Shown here in pieces: positions 43,141 to 55,689 of a stretch of DNA of 64,000 nt. The stretch's first letter is position 1, and every line of letters begins with the position of its first letter. Both the position numbers and the translations under genes were made by a program. Source of the stretch: Octopus bimaculoides (lineage: Eukaryota); contig NC_068981.1 of the NCBI RefSeq assembly GCF_001194135.2, forward strand, positions 86,191,049 through 86,255,048, given 5' to 3'. Below the pieces are notes generated by a model. The model was not told the origin of the DNA and did not search any database. It saw only the letters and a list, made by a program, of their open reading frames with translations.

Positions 43141-43379
43141 GTTGTGTACCTAATTGTGATATTTCCCTATATCATTATGTTTGTACTGTTGATACGAGGA
43201 ATAACAGTAGATGGCCATCTTGAAGGAATAAAATTTTACCTCACACCAAAATGGGAGAAGTTGAAAAAAGTCCACGTCTGGGGCGATGCAGCAGCACAGG
43301 TGTTTTTCTCCCTTTCACTGTGCTGGGGAGGACTGTCAACACTTTCCAGTTACAACAAATTTCATAATAACATATACAG
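43141..43379 (+). CDS. SLC6 TM5-TM6 exon
   Basis: [10 protein letters not shown]...LIRGITVDG...[33 protein letters not shown](R); ctag/gtaagg; phase 0-2. Confidence 0.97.
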
Positions 43380-44911
43380 GTAAGGGGATTTGTTTTCCTT
43401 GAGATATATGGCCACTGAGCTTATTCAGAGCTTAGTTGGATTATTTCAATCCACTTGCATCATATTCTAAGTTCAAAGTCTACCAGAGTAAACACTATTT
43501 TGTCATTTTTCTGGATCTGAGGTAAAAAGTAAAACTCAAAATCAAGTAATGGTTCCAGTTAAATAGATTACACCTTTGTGTATTCTATTAAATTGGCTTC
43601 ATTGTAACAATGTTAGAAACTGATATTTGACTCTCTAAAATGACCTTGTTATCTGTCTAAAACAAAATGTCTAAGGGATTAATATTTCAAATATTTAAGA
43701 TAAAAATTTAGCAAAAAGATATTAAACTGTTATTTTCTCTGTGAACAGTGAGGTCTGAAACAATGACTTGCATATTCATAATACATCCTGACAGATTCAA
43801 ACACAAATACACTGGTCACTGTTGTGTATGTCACTGAAGAACAACTTCTTTTAGAAAAACAATGTGTTCATAACACACTTGACTCATTACTGCAAGGGAT
43901 TCTGGAATGTGTGAACACATTGTCGTTATAAAAAGGAGACATTGTTCTCTGTACCTATGAGTTGAGTACATTATGAAAACATTGTCTTTGTAAAAGGAGA
44001 AATTGTTCCCCTGTGACATACACAACAGCAATCAGCATATTTGCATTTGAATCTGCCTGGATTTATTAAGAATAAGTATGCAGATCATTGTTTCATTCAT
44101 AAACAGGAGTTCTCCTTCAGCTTCAAGTCCCTCCTTACTAATGCTGCTTCATAATCTCAAGGTTTTTTTGTTGGTTCAGGTGAAAGAAGTATAGTAGAGT
44201 ATTGATTTCATGGACAAAGGGTCATTTTCTCTTCATATAAGTTGTTTTTGAAAGAATTCTGTGACAATATGTAGGCCAAGGATAAAATTAATAGTGACAA
44301 TAACATCACCAACTTCTCTCTGTCTCCTCTTCTCTCCTCTTCATACATTTGCATTTTCTTATCATGACAATACTTATTAAGATGCTTTGCAAGTCAATAA
44401 ATTATTGTGATCCATAATCTTGCATCATAGGGTTTCATACTTTTGTTAGTTATAATGATTGAAGTAAAATAAAGAAATGTATATTAAATGAAGGTGACAT
44501 AACTTGAAAGGTTACTATCTACAAAAGGAAACTAAAGGTGAAAAATAAATTGAAAAAGGTTCTCAATGTCAAATAAGTAAAACTAAAACTAAAATCTGTA
44601 TAAAATCCAGAAATAATGATGTTGCTAATGTTGCTAATGCCTACACATATCACACATGAGCCATCAACAATGGAACTGCTACGTGGTTGTTCAGTCTGTT
44701 AGAAATAGCAGCCAAATCACGTGCTGTCTTGATTAAAGAATGAATGTATTAGAATGTAGACCTACTTTAAAAATAGTACAGCTAAAAAAAGATGGTCATA
44801 GTTGAAAGATTTTAGGCTAGTCCATCAGGGTTGAGTTAGAGTTAGTTAATAATGCACTGCACACACACAAACATACACACATATGATCATGCACACTTAC
44901 ATGCACACTTA

Positions 44912-45143
44912 TGGCGGTGAGCTGGCAGAAACGTTAGCATGCCAGGCGAAGTGCTTAGCGGTATTTCGTCTGCCGCTACGTTCTGAGTTCAAATTCCACC
45001 GAGGTCGACTTTGCCTTTCATCCTTTCGGGGTCGATTAAATAAGTACCAGTTACACACTGGGGTAGATATAATCGACTTAATCCGTTTGTCTGTCCTTGT
45101 TTGTCCCCTCTGTGTGTAGCCCCTTGTGGGTAGTAAAGAAATA
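44912..45143 (+). mobile_element. SINE family D, well-preserved copy
   Basis: Complete head to tail; candidate TSD gcacactta at 44903 and 45144. Confidence 0.88.
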
Positions 45144-45429
45144 GCACACTTACATGTACATGCATAGACACATAAATAAATGAAACTTTGCCCGTTCTGA
45201 CGAATATTCGATCAACTGAATTACCTGCTCATTCAATTAGTATATAAGAACACATTCTTCTTTTAATGTAATCCAACAAAGTGCACAGCAAGTTTGAGCC
45301 CTTTAGTTGCAGATACAACCTGTCCAACAATTTCTGTTTGTCCAGTTTCACTCACAATTCACAGCTAGAGTGAAAATAATAGACGCCTGCCCAAGATGTC
45401 ACACAGTTGGATTGAACCTAGGACTTTAT

Positions 45430-45930
45430 GATTTCAAAGTACCAAGATGCACCCAGGAGGTTCTCTGGCAATGTGGTCAGGAAATGTTGGTAGTAGTTAG
45501 GGACTTAATGGCATTTGTTTTCCTGGCCTGCCTGCATTACAGCAGTCCTGTCGGCTTCACAAGTTGGTATGCCCTTGCAGACAACTGATCACCACTTGCC
45601 TGTGTTCTGTGCTGTCTGCCCCTATGTGACATGGCTGATGCAGAAGGCCTCTAGAGAAGCTTTTAAATTATCTTTGAAGCACTTCTGGCTTCTCTGGAAG
45701 TGTTTGCCTTGTTGAAGTTTACTATATAATAGTTTCTGTGAAAGCTAGCTGTCTGACATGTGAACTACATGCCTTCTTGGTGAGGCTGTGACTGCATTGG
45801 GATGGTGTGTATGTTAGGTAGACTAGCACAGGTGAGTACTTCAATGTCTGGAATTTTGTCTTGTCACTTTCTGTCAAGAAATTTTCTGAAGCAGCTGGTG
45901 TGAAAATGGTTGTTTCCTTCATGACATTGG
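45430..45930 (-). mobile_element. RTE/BovB-like LINE fragment
   Basis: Minus-strand frames resemble the RTE C-terminal region (...FKDNLKASL...). Confidence 0.6.
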
Positions 45931-46059
45931 CAGATCATTCACATTTCACTCATTCATAACATACTAACACAACCACATGTTTGCAACCCTGGGAATTGTT
46001 TTAACTAAAAAGTCTTATCATTATGAAGAAAAACTGATATAAATCTCAAAGGAAACATA

Positions 46060-46127
<68 letters not shown>

Positions 46128-46355
46128 NNNNNNNNNNNNNNNNNNNNNNNNNNNNNNNNNNNNNNNNNNNNNNNNNNNNNNNNNNNNNNNNNNNNNNNNN
46201 NNNNNNNNNNNNNNNNNNNNNNNNNNNNNNNNNNNNNNNNNNNNNNNNNNNNNNNNNNNNNNNNNNNNNNNNNNNNNNNNNNNNNNNNNNNNNNNNNNNN
46301 NNNNNNNNNNNNNNNNNNNNNNNNNNNNNNNNNNNNNNNNNNNNNNNNNNNNNNN

Positions 46356-46426
<71 letters not shown>

Positions 46427-46476
46427 AATATGCACAGGCACACATGATATAATAATATTTGTTACTTTTTTTTTAG

Positions 46477-46601
46477 AGATGCCATTTTTGTATGTTTAGG
46501 AGATTCATTAATGAGTCTCTTGGCTGGTTTCTCAGTTTTTGCTGTGATGGGAGTTCTAGGTAAAGAACTTAACACCACTGTTGAAAACGTTGTTGAATCT
46601 G
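46477..46601 (+). CDS. SLC6 TM7 exon
   Basis: (R)DAIFVCLGDSLMSLLAGFSVFAVMGVLGKELNTTVENVVES; tttag/gtaagt; phase 2-1. Not in the ORF track. Confidence 0.93.
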
Positions 46602-46904
46602 GTAAGTCTCTTATAATACTTTACTTCATTTATCACTGAGTAAACGCCTCCAGTTACCACTTTCTTGCTTTTAATAACTAATTTTAAGATGTCAAATTAC
46701 CCAGTCGAATGAAATTAGTTTAAACTTTACATTGCATTGCTTTGTTTGGTAAGACTACATTTCTCAGTCGTAAATTGACATTTAAAACTCTAAGTTATCA
46801 ATTAGATCTTATAGAAATAATCAAATTCTCTTTAAATCACAACTTGCCATCTTTAAAAAGAATTACGTATTGGATTATGTCATCCAGTAATATCGACTTC
46901 AAAT

Positions 46905-47090
46905 TTTGGCTCAAGGCCAGCAACTTGAGGGAGTGGGGAGTTGATTACACAACTCCAATGCTCAACTGGCACTTATTCTATTGATCCGAAAGACAAAGTC
47001 AATCTCAGCAGAATTTGAACACAGAACATAAGGATGGATGAAATACTGCTAAGCATTTCACCTGGCTTGTTAACAATTCTGTTAACTTGT
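46905..47090 (-). mobile_element. SINE family D
   Basis: Reverse complement of the family D core. Confidence 0.7.
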
Positions 47091-47594
47091 TGTTCTAAGG
47101 TCCAGAGACGTATATTCTGGGTGTGCTAGATGTGCACTGTACACCCATCAAAAAATAGCAAATTCATTATAAATATTAACCTTACTCATAAATTTAATTA
47201 CAAATCTTAATGGAAAACTTTTGTTTACTCCTGCTTGAAATTTGGTGGCATTGGGTGTGGCAGCATGCCCAGTACAACAACCACCATATGACACTGTTAA
47301 GATCATCCAGTAATATCAACCAGTGTACAATATACCTGAATAAAAGACAAAATGGATGTAACCTGAATGCTTTTGTTTATAAGACTTGGCTACTATTCTA
47401 GTAGGTCAAGTGGTCACGCAGAGGTGTTTTTATAAGCTTAAACATATCAGTTTTTATGTAGTAAGAAAGGGTAAGGTTTTAAAGAAAGAAAAATAACACC
47501 AGCCTTATTGTCAGTAATAAACATTTAGTGTTGTTAATAGATAAACATTTGTTTTATCAATGACAAAAGAACAAGAATGTTTAAGTTTCTCAAA

Positions 47595-48018
47595 CAGGCA
47601 TGGGCAACTTTTATGAGAAGCAGGCTGCATGAGGTGGAGGCACGTAGCTTAGTGGTTAGGGTATCAGCATCATTATCGTAAGATTGTGGTTTCGATTCCT
47701 GGACCAGGTGACGCATTGTGTTCTTGAGCAAAACACTTCATTTCACATTGCTCCAATCCACTCAGCTGGCAAAAATGAGTAACGCTGCGATAGACTGGCG
47801 TCCCGTCAGCTAGGGAACACATACGCCATTGAAACCGGGAAACTGGGCCCATGAGCCTGGCTAGGCTTTAAAAGGGCGCATTTATTTTTTTTATTATTAG
47901 GTTGCATGAGACATGGCTCACCATCAGACAGGCCACACTGCTAAAAAAAATCCAAGGCAAATTTTCACTTAGGCATGCTATTCAGAAAGTCCTGCAGGCT
48001 GCTGTTTGCTCATGACTG
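47595..48018. mobile_element. hAT-like MITE containing a nested family C SINE (47634-47898)
   Basis: TIR caggcatgggcaac / gtttgctcatgactg; SINE flanked by agg(c/t)tgcatgag duplication at 47622 and 47899. Confidence 0.65.
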
Positions 48019-48275
48019 CTCTCTATATCATGACTTTCTGTTCTATACATTAATTGCTGATATTAGATTCAGATGGGTAAAAACAAAACATGCTAAGTTG
48101 TCATATATTTTCTATGAGATTATATTGTAAATTGAAAAATGAAACAAAAAAGGAAAATTAAATTATTCTTGATATTATTTGAATATCTTATATTTCTATA
48201 AACTAATTTTAACATTTTAAATCCCTTTTTTTTTTTTTTTTTTNNNNNNNNNNTTTTTTTTTTTTTGTTTCCCAG

Positions 48276-48520
48276 ATGTTGGACTTGCATTCACAGCTTA
48301 TCCTGCTGCCCTTACATACCTTCCAGCAGCCCCACTGTGGGCAATCCTTTTCTTCCTGATGCTTGTAATGATGGGTTTAAGCACAGAAATTACCGTTGTC
48401 GAGACTGTTGTCACTGCTATTATTGATGAAAAAATTGAAGTTTTGCGCAAAAAGAGAGTGACAGTGTTATTTATTGTTTGTATGTTACTTTACTTCATGG
48501 GTTTACCTATGACAACAGAG
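48276..48520 (+). CDS. SLC6 EL4-TM8-TM9 exon
   Basis: (D)VGLAFTAYPAALTYLPAAPLWAILFFLMLVMMGLSTEITVVETVVTAIIDE...MGLPMTTE; cccag/gtaaga; phase 1-0. Confidence 0.95.
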
Positions 48521-48909
48521 GTAAGAAACATAACTATTTCTGATGATGTATGTATGTATGTATGTATGTATGTATGTATGCATGTATGTATGCATGCAAG
48601 CATGTATGGATAAATGACTGAATGATTGATTTTTCTTTGAGTTCTTCTTGAGAGAGTTCAAGCTGGTTGCTAACAAAGCAACAAGACTTTTTGAGTTAAG
48701 AGAGTTCCCAGTGTTTGTAAATATGTGGTTAAGTTGGTGTGTTGGTTGAATTGTCGATGCATACACCCAATTGTGTGCATCTACTCACATTAGAATCTCA
48801 GATGGAGAATTTGGGGAATGTCTTACAAATCTTTGCTGTACCACAAATTGATTGGATTAGGAGAATCCACATCAGTTTCTATTGCTGTGTGTGTGTGTGT
48901 GTGTGTGTA

Positions 48910-49250
48910 TCATCATCATCATCATCATCATCATCGTTTAACGTCTGCCTTCCATGCTAGCATGGGTTGGACGATTTGACTGAGGACTGGTGAAACCAGA
49001 TGGCTACACCAGGCTCCAATCTGATTTGGCAAAGTTTCTACAGCTGGATGCCCTTCCTAACGCCAACCACTCCGAGAGTGTAGTGGATGCTTTTACGTGC
49101 CACTGGCATGATGGCCAGTCAGGCAGTACTGGCAACGGCCATGCTCAAAATGGTGTATTTTACGTGCCACCTGCACAGGAGCCAGTCCAGTGGCACTGGC
49201 AATGATCTCGCTCGAATGTCTTTACACATGCCACCGGCACAAGTGCCAGG
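48910..49250 (-). mobile_element. SINE family B
   Basis: Conserved 3' end with (cat)n. Confidence 0.85.
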
Positions 49251-50122
49251 ATGTATGTATATATGAAGGTATGTATGTATGTATGTGTATATGTATGTAT
49301 GTATGTATTTATGTATATATATGTACGTATGTATGTGTGTATGTATGTATGCATGCATGTGTGTATGTATGTACATTATGCATGTATATATGTATGCATG
49401 TATTATATATATATCATCATTATCATCATTTTTATCATCCATTTTCTATGTTCACATGAATTAGATGAAATTTGTCATGACAAATTTCCTACTGCTAGAT
49501 GTACTTGCTTTTTTGATGACAGAAAGTCTTGCTGATAGCCAGGATATAGTCATTGCATAAATGCAGGAGATGCACTCTATTGCTGTTGGTTTTACTAAGG
49601 CCATGATTTCCCAGGTAAAGCTATATATCATGCTCAGTTCCTAATCTAGCATTAAAGTCTCCCTTAACAAATATCTTGTCATCCTTGTAACAACCAGATA
49701 ACAACTCTCTCAGAACAGCAGAGAACAATAATATATCATCCTCAGAATGTGTAATTGAGAGAGTTAATATACTGACCATGCATATATATATTCATTTTCC
49801 TAACATGCATATTCATGTGATTCTAAGTTTCTAAGTTAGAGATTAAATTTTACTTCTATTGGCCAAAGTTGAAAAATAAAGCCAAGACAAGACATAACAA
49901 CTTGGCTGAAATTAACAATATTATTCTATATTTTATTTTGGCTACTTCTGCACCTGTATTGATGGCCCTGCAGCACTTTACATGAGCTCATTTCAAACTC
50001 TCATTGGTATACAAAGTATATACGTAGATGCATTCATTTATATGATATATATAAAATATTTCAAAGAATTTATAAATACATACAGATACACAAAAATTTT
50101 CCTTCATTGGACACTAAACTCC

Positions 50123-50628
50123 ACTTGCGAAGACCTGTTGAGGCAAGTGAAATCAAAATCGAGTTAAATTTGACGTCTGGCACCCATGCCAACGTCGTCT
50201 CCCTCATTAGACATGAAACTCAGCTTGCAAAGACTTATTGGGGCAAGCGAAAGCGAAATTGTGATGGCACCTGTGCCCAGCGTTGCCTTTCTGGCACTTG
50301 TGCCCATGGCACGTGTAAGGACTTTTGAGCGAGATTGTTGCCAGTGCCCCTAGACTGGCTCTTGTGCGGGTGGCACATAAAATACACCATTTTGAGCATG
50401 GCCGTTGCCAGTACTACCTGACTGGCCTTCGTGCCGGTGGCACATAAAAAGCACTCACTACACTCTCTGAGTGGTTGGCGTTAGGAAGGGCATCCAGCCG
50501 TAGAAATTCTGCCAAATCAGATTGGAGCCTGGTGTAGCCATCTAGTTTCACCAGTCCTCAGTCAAATCATCCAACCCATGCTAGCATGGAAAGCGGACGT
50601 TAAACGATGATGATGATGATGATGATGA
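50123..50628 (+). mobile_element. SINE family B
   Basis: Conserved 3' end with (gat)n. Confidence 0.85.
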
Positions 50629-51229
50629 TATAAAAATTCATATACATATAAAAATTTATAAACACATAAAAAGTCATAATATAGATATATAAAAAGTGTA
50701 AGTCCATAAATGTACTTGCGAAGTCCAAATGAAGAGGATGATAAAGCATAGTTTAGTTTGTTGTGGTAGAGTGTGTGAGAAGTTTTCTTGTTAAGTGTGG
50801 GTGGGACACACAGCCCTTCTAGAAATGAATTTCGCTGCCATGGGCAGATCTTCTCAAGAAGATGATGATGATGATGATGATGACATATAATCTCTCTCTC
50901 TCTCTCTCTCTCTCNNNNNNNNNNTATATATATTATATATATATATATATGCTTTCAGTGCGAATAGTTTTGCTATACGGCGCTGTATTTTACAATCCTG
51001 TAAATAATAATAAAGGTATTTTTATATAAGCTCAAAGCTTTTGCCGATCACCATGCAATGACTAAGGAAAATAGTCTAATAACTGGGCACATAAGCTCTT
51101 GACAGAAAAAAGAAGGCTTTCTTATCCACATGGGACTTAAACCCACATCCCTTTATTAACATGACTAAGTGTGTTACCTTTACACCAGCGAACCAGCCTC
51201 CTCCGTAAAAATAAGTATGAACTAATATA

Positions 51230-51745
51230 CAGGAATTGGACAAAATAATGGAAACACCTAAAAATTTCAAACAAATTTATTATAATATGGGGTAGCACCA
51301 CCTTTGGCAGTAATTACAGCTGGAATTCTACGAGGTGTGGACTCATACAAAGTTTGAATTGTGTCGAAAGGATTATTTGTACATTTTTCAGCTAAAACAG
51401 TCTCCAGTTCTTGTAGTGATGACTGTGAAGGATATCAACTCCTTACTTCTTTTTCTAAAATGCACCATAAATGTTCAATGATATTAAGATCTGAGGACTG
51501 TGGTGGCCAGATAAGAAGTTCAACTTCACTAGAATGTTCCTTGTGCCATTCAGTAACAACTTTAGCTGTGTGAATTGGTGCATTATCATCCTGAAAGATT
51601 GTGTTTCCCTCCAGAAACAGTTCCGCAACCATAGGATGAATTTGATCAGATAAAATGCTTAAATAGTCTTGACTATTAATTCTGCCATGAAGGGAAACCA
51701 TTGGGCTGGTGGATTTCCAAGATATAGCTCCCCACCCAGATCATC
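51230..51745 (-). mobile_element. Tc1-family transposon fragment with DD36E spacing
   Basis: FQDDNAPIH...WPPQSSDLNIIEHLW; TIR ta|caggaattggacaaaataatggaaacacc at 51230. Confidence 0.85.
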
Positions 51746-51759
51746 ACAGATCCTCCTCC

Positions 51760-52001
51760 ATGTATAACAGCTGGAGGAAGGCAGTCTGGCAACAGGACTT
51801 TGCACCATGCCACACAAGAGAACCCAGTCATGGCTGTCAGACAATTTCTGCAACCACATCACCCCTAACATCTGGCTACCTAACTCCCCAAACTGCAACC
51901 CCCTTCATTATTATTTGTGGGGCACAGTTGTGTGAGAGACCAACAAAACTCCTTGCAATACCAAAGATGAACTGAAGGCAAGGATTATGGCAGCATTCAC
52001 C
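51760..52001 (+). mobile_element. second maT fragment (same family as 10445)
   Basis: Strong identity to 10858-11099. Confidence 0.8.
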
Positions 52002-52108
52002 ATATATATATACACATTCATATTTATTCATTTATATATATATATATGAATGATAAGTTTACTAAATTTATTTTAACTTTGCTTAAATTATATTGATTCA
52101 ATTTTCAG

Positions 52109-52306
52109 GGAGGACTTTATATTTTACAACTGATGGACGAGTGTACAGGATTCCCTGTGATGATTATAGGTATCTGTATGTGTGTAGCAATTGCATGGGT
52201 TTACGGAGTAAAACGGTTTTGTGCAAATATCACACATATGATTCAACACAAAGTCAGCTGGTTTTGGCGAATATTGTGGATGGGTGTTTCCCCTACCATA
52301 CTTCTG
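52109..52306 (+). CDS. SLC6 TM10-TM11 exon
   Basis: GGLYILQLMDECTGFPVMIIGICMCVAIAWVYGVKRFCANI...WRILWMGVSPTILL; ttcag/gttagt; phase 0-0. Confidence 0.95.
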
Positions 52307-53317
52307 GTTAGTATACGTATTTATTTCTATTTATTTTCTAGTATATCTTAATGGTTGTATTTTAAGTGTGTAATTTTGTTGTTTTCTTTTCAGATAAATA
52401 TTTAACTGAGATAAGAATAATATTGTTTTAGTCAGCCAAGTATTAACTTGGTCTGATGTAATATGTCATAATTAACCCAAGTTACAATGTTTTAGTGATA
52501 AATTTCATTAATTTTCCTCTAAACTAATGTTTAATTCCTTGAAAATTCATGAGTACTGAATCTGAAGCTTTAAATTTTTTTAAATACTCCAAGATTCATA
52601 GAGAACTCCTGGAGAATATTTTGGAATTTTGGGGGGGAATTTTTTTAAAAAAATCTTGATAATTTCTGCATCGTCTCAAAAGAGTGTTTTTTGGAATCTT
52701 TTTTTTTTTTTTTTGCAAGGGGAATGTAAAAAAAGATTTCTTCTTGGAGAATTTCCTAACAGTTCATGTAATCTATTAAAATCTAACCCTTTTACACTGT
52801 CTCAACTTTTCACTTTTTCCTTTTCATTTTTCAGTTGCTACTTTCTTTTAGTTGTTCATTTTTCTCTGTCTTGTTCATAAATGTCTTCACTTCCCTTAAC
52901 TTTGCTTAATGTCCCCTGTTTTATTCTGATACTATACTTTACTCTCCCCTTTCACTTTCCCAACATCTCCAATTAATAATGTTACCCTGTCCTTCTATAA
53001 TGTTTCTCTATACTTGATGGTAATTTATTCTGTGACAGTTGCTGCAGTGATTGTCAACGCTAAATTGTATCTTTGCACACAATTCCATCCCTCCTTGGTT
53101 TATCAGAAAACAGTGTATAAAAATGTGAATAATACAAAAAGGAGTTTTTTCATTATTTGCCATTATTTCAGTATTTCACTATTTTAAATTAATTTCAGAT
53201 ATATTTAATAAGCTGTGATATGGGCCTTTTACACTTGTTAACAAAACCATATCTTCAGATAATCAATTTTGAATATCATACATAGATAAAATAGAGACAG
53301 ACAGACAGACATATATA

Positions 53318-54599
53318 TTAGGTTGTCCGGAAAGTTCTGAGCATTTTTAAGCTAAATCTTTTAATGCTTCATTGAATACATGTGAAACATAACACAGTTA
53401 AAACTTTGGCATTGCTTGAAGTGGTAATGCATCTCTTCTTTGTTCCTGACTAAAAAAATAGATTTATCTTTCATTCCAGTTACCCTTTATTGACATTTGA
53501 AATGGACAACCAAAAATTTCATATTCACATTGTAATGATTTTCTTTTTTTAAAAATGGAGGAGATGTTGCAAAGACTTGCAAAAACATTTGTGAAGTTTA
53601 TGGTGATGATGCTGCAGGTGAATCAACTGTTCAAAGGTGGTCTGCAAAATTTAAAGCTGGAGAGTATAGCTTGAAATATGATAATCACAGTGGAAGACCT
53701 TGAAAATTGGAAGAAGATATTTTGAAGGCAAAAATCAAAGGAAACTCAAATATCACAATATTTTGAGAACTTGCAGAGGAGTTGGAAGTTTCTAAATGTA
53801 TAGTTCATAAATACCTAGTGAAGCTAGGATACATTTCTCACTAAAATGTGTAGGTCCCTCACAAATTCTCAGAAAAGAATTGCTTAGACTGGTATTCCAT
53901 TTGTAATATGCTTTTGAGACAGAATGAAAGTATGCCTTTTTTTTCAAACAACTTGGGACTGGAGATGAAAAATGGATTGTGTACGAAAATGTAGTATGTA
54001 AAAGATCCTAGAGTTTGCATAAGGATCCCTCAAAACAGCAACCAAAGACCAATATCCATACTAAAAAAAGCTATGCTTTGTGTTTGGTGGGATCATAAAG
54101 GCATTATTATAAGCTTTTCCCACAAAACCAGGCCATTAACTCTGATGTGTACTATTGTCAGCTGGCTAATTTGAACAAAAGAAATCAAAGAATTGAGGCT
54201 GGAGACTGCCAACAGGAAAGAGGTAGTGTTCCAAAAAGACAATGCCCGACCACGTCTTTGGCCACCCAAAATTACATGAACTTGGCTGGGGTCTCTTACA
54301 CCATCCATCATATTCTCCTGATATTGCATCATCTGACTACCACTTGTTTTTGTCTCTAGAGAATTCATTGCAAGGAAAAATATCTAATGATTTCGATGGA
54401 ATCAAAATGCATCCAGATAACTTTTTTCTTCAATACCAGCCAAATTTTATGCTGATGGAATATTTAAATTGTCTGATAGATGAGCAAAGTTCATTAATGA
54501 TAATGGAAATTATTCCATTGCAAAAAATTTATTGAAAGATCAATTATTTATATCTCTTTTGCATGTTAAAAAACACTCAGAACTTTCCAGACAACCCAA
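53318..54599 (+). mobile_element. full-length (1282 bp) degenerate mariner
   Basis: TIRs ttaggttgtccggaaagttc / gaactttccagacaacccaa, TA flanks, GDEKWIVY and YSPDIASSDYHLF remnants. Confidence 0.9.
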
Positions 54600-54625
54600 T
54601 ATATATATATATATATATGGTGACT

Positions 54626-54740
54626 GGTAAATTCCACCATGGAAAATTCCACCATGGAAAATTCCACCAGGTAAATTTCACCATAGGTAAATTCCACCAT
54701 GGTATATTCCACCATGGTAAATTTCAGCATAGGTGAAATT
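54626..54740. repeat. 15-bp tandem repeat (ggtaaattccaccat), about 7 units
   Basis: Units start at 54626, 54641, 54656, 54670 and onward. Confidence 0.85.
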
Positions 54741-54777
54741 GTCGTCGTCGTTGTTATCATCATCATCATCACAGTTT

Positions 54778-55285
54778 TTTACTTGTTTCAGTCATTTGGC
54801 TGTGGCCATGCTGGAGTGCCATTTTGAAGGGTTTTTTAATTGAACAAATCAACCCCAGGATTTATTTCTTAAGCCTAGTACTTATTCTAACAGTATCTTT
54901 TGCTGAACTATTAAGTTACAAGGACGTAAACACACCAACATCGGTTGTCAACCAGTGATAGGGAGACAGACACAGACACAAAAACACAAACACATAGTTA
55001 AACTAATACACCTACTTGTCATTCCTTTACCTGTCTTCATCTTTTATTTTCTGTAAATTTGAACTATATATATATACAACGGGCTTCTTACCACATAGCC
55101 ACACCTGTGCCTATATATATAAAGACTTCTTTCAGTTTCTCGACCAAATCGACTCACAAGACTTTGGTCAATCCTAGGCTACAGTAGAAGACATATGCCT
55201 AAGGTGTTGCACACTAGGACTGAACTTGAGACCACATGGTTGGGATACAGTCTACTTAGCAACACAGTCACGTCTGTGCCTCTGT
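54778..55285 (-). mobile_element. SINE family A, diverged
   Basis: Reverse-complement homology to 693-1110. Confidence 0.7.
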
Positions 55286-55436
55286 GATATAGATATCAAA
55301 ATTAACTAATTCAAACGAACATTAGTTCAAATGAAAGTTAATTCACTTATGCAGTAAATGACAATAATACCAAATAAAATACCATATCAAAATGCATGAT
55401 TATTTTTTTCCCTTTTTTTAACTCTACTTCCAACAG

Positions 55437-55610
55437 TTTGTGCTCATCTTCTCTGTAGTAGATTACAAACCCCTAGCTGAAAAATTCGTGTCATCAGCCT
55501 ATCCATACTGGTCAGATATAGCAGCATTTTTTATCATGTCAGTTCCTGTAATTTCAATCCCATTCTGTATAATTACCAAATTAATTTATGCTGAAGGAAC
55601 ATTCAAAGAG
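55437..55610 (+). CDS. SLC6 TM11-TM12 exon
   Basis: FVLIFSVVDYKPLAEKFVSSAYPYWSDIAAFFIMSVPVISIPFCIITKLIYAEGTFKE; caacag/gtatgt; phase 0-0. Not in the ORF track. Confidence 0.93.
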
Positions 55611-55689
55611 GTATGTTAAATTTGTTGCTTTGCTTATTTTTCATTCTTTTCTTTCTTTTTATATTTTAATCATTATACTAAGTATTCCA

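Noticed and set aside
47634-47706. tRNA-like sequences (also ~51127-51200 on the - strand, ~9080-9135 and the SINE heads)
   Set aside because: A/B boxes are present but there is no complete cloverleaf; they continue into SINE bodies.
50135-50160. ctgttga ggcaagt gaaa at the head of a family B SINE
   Set aside because: No real stem II or stem I complementarity.
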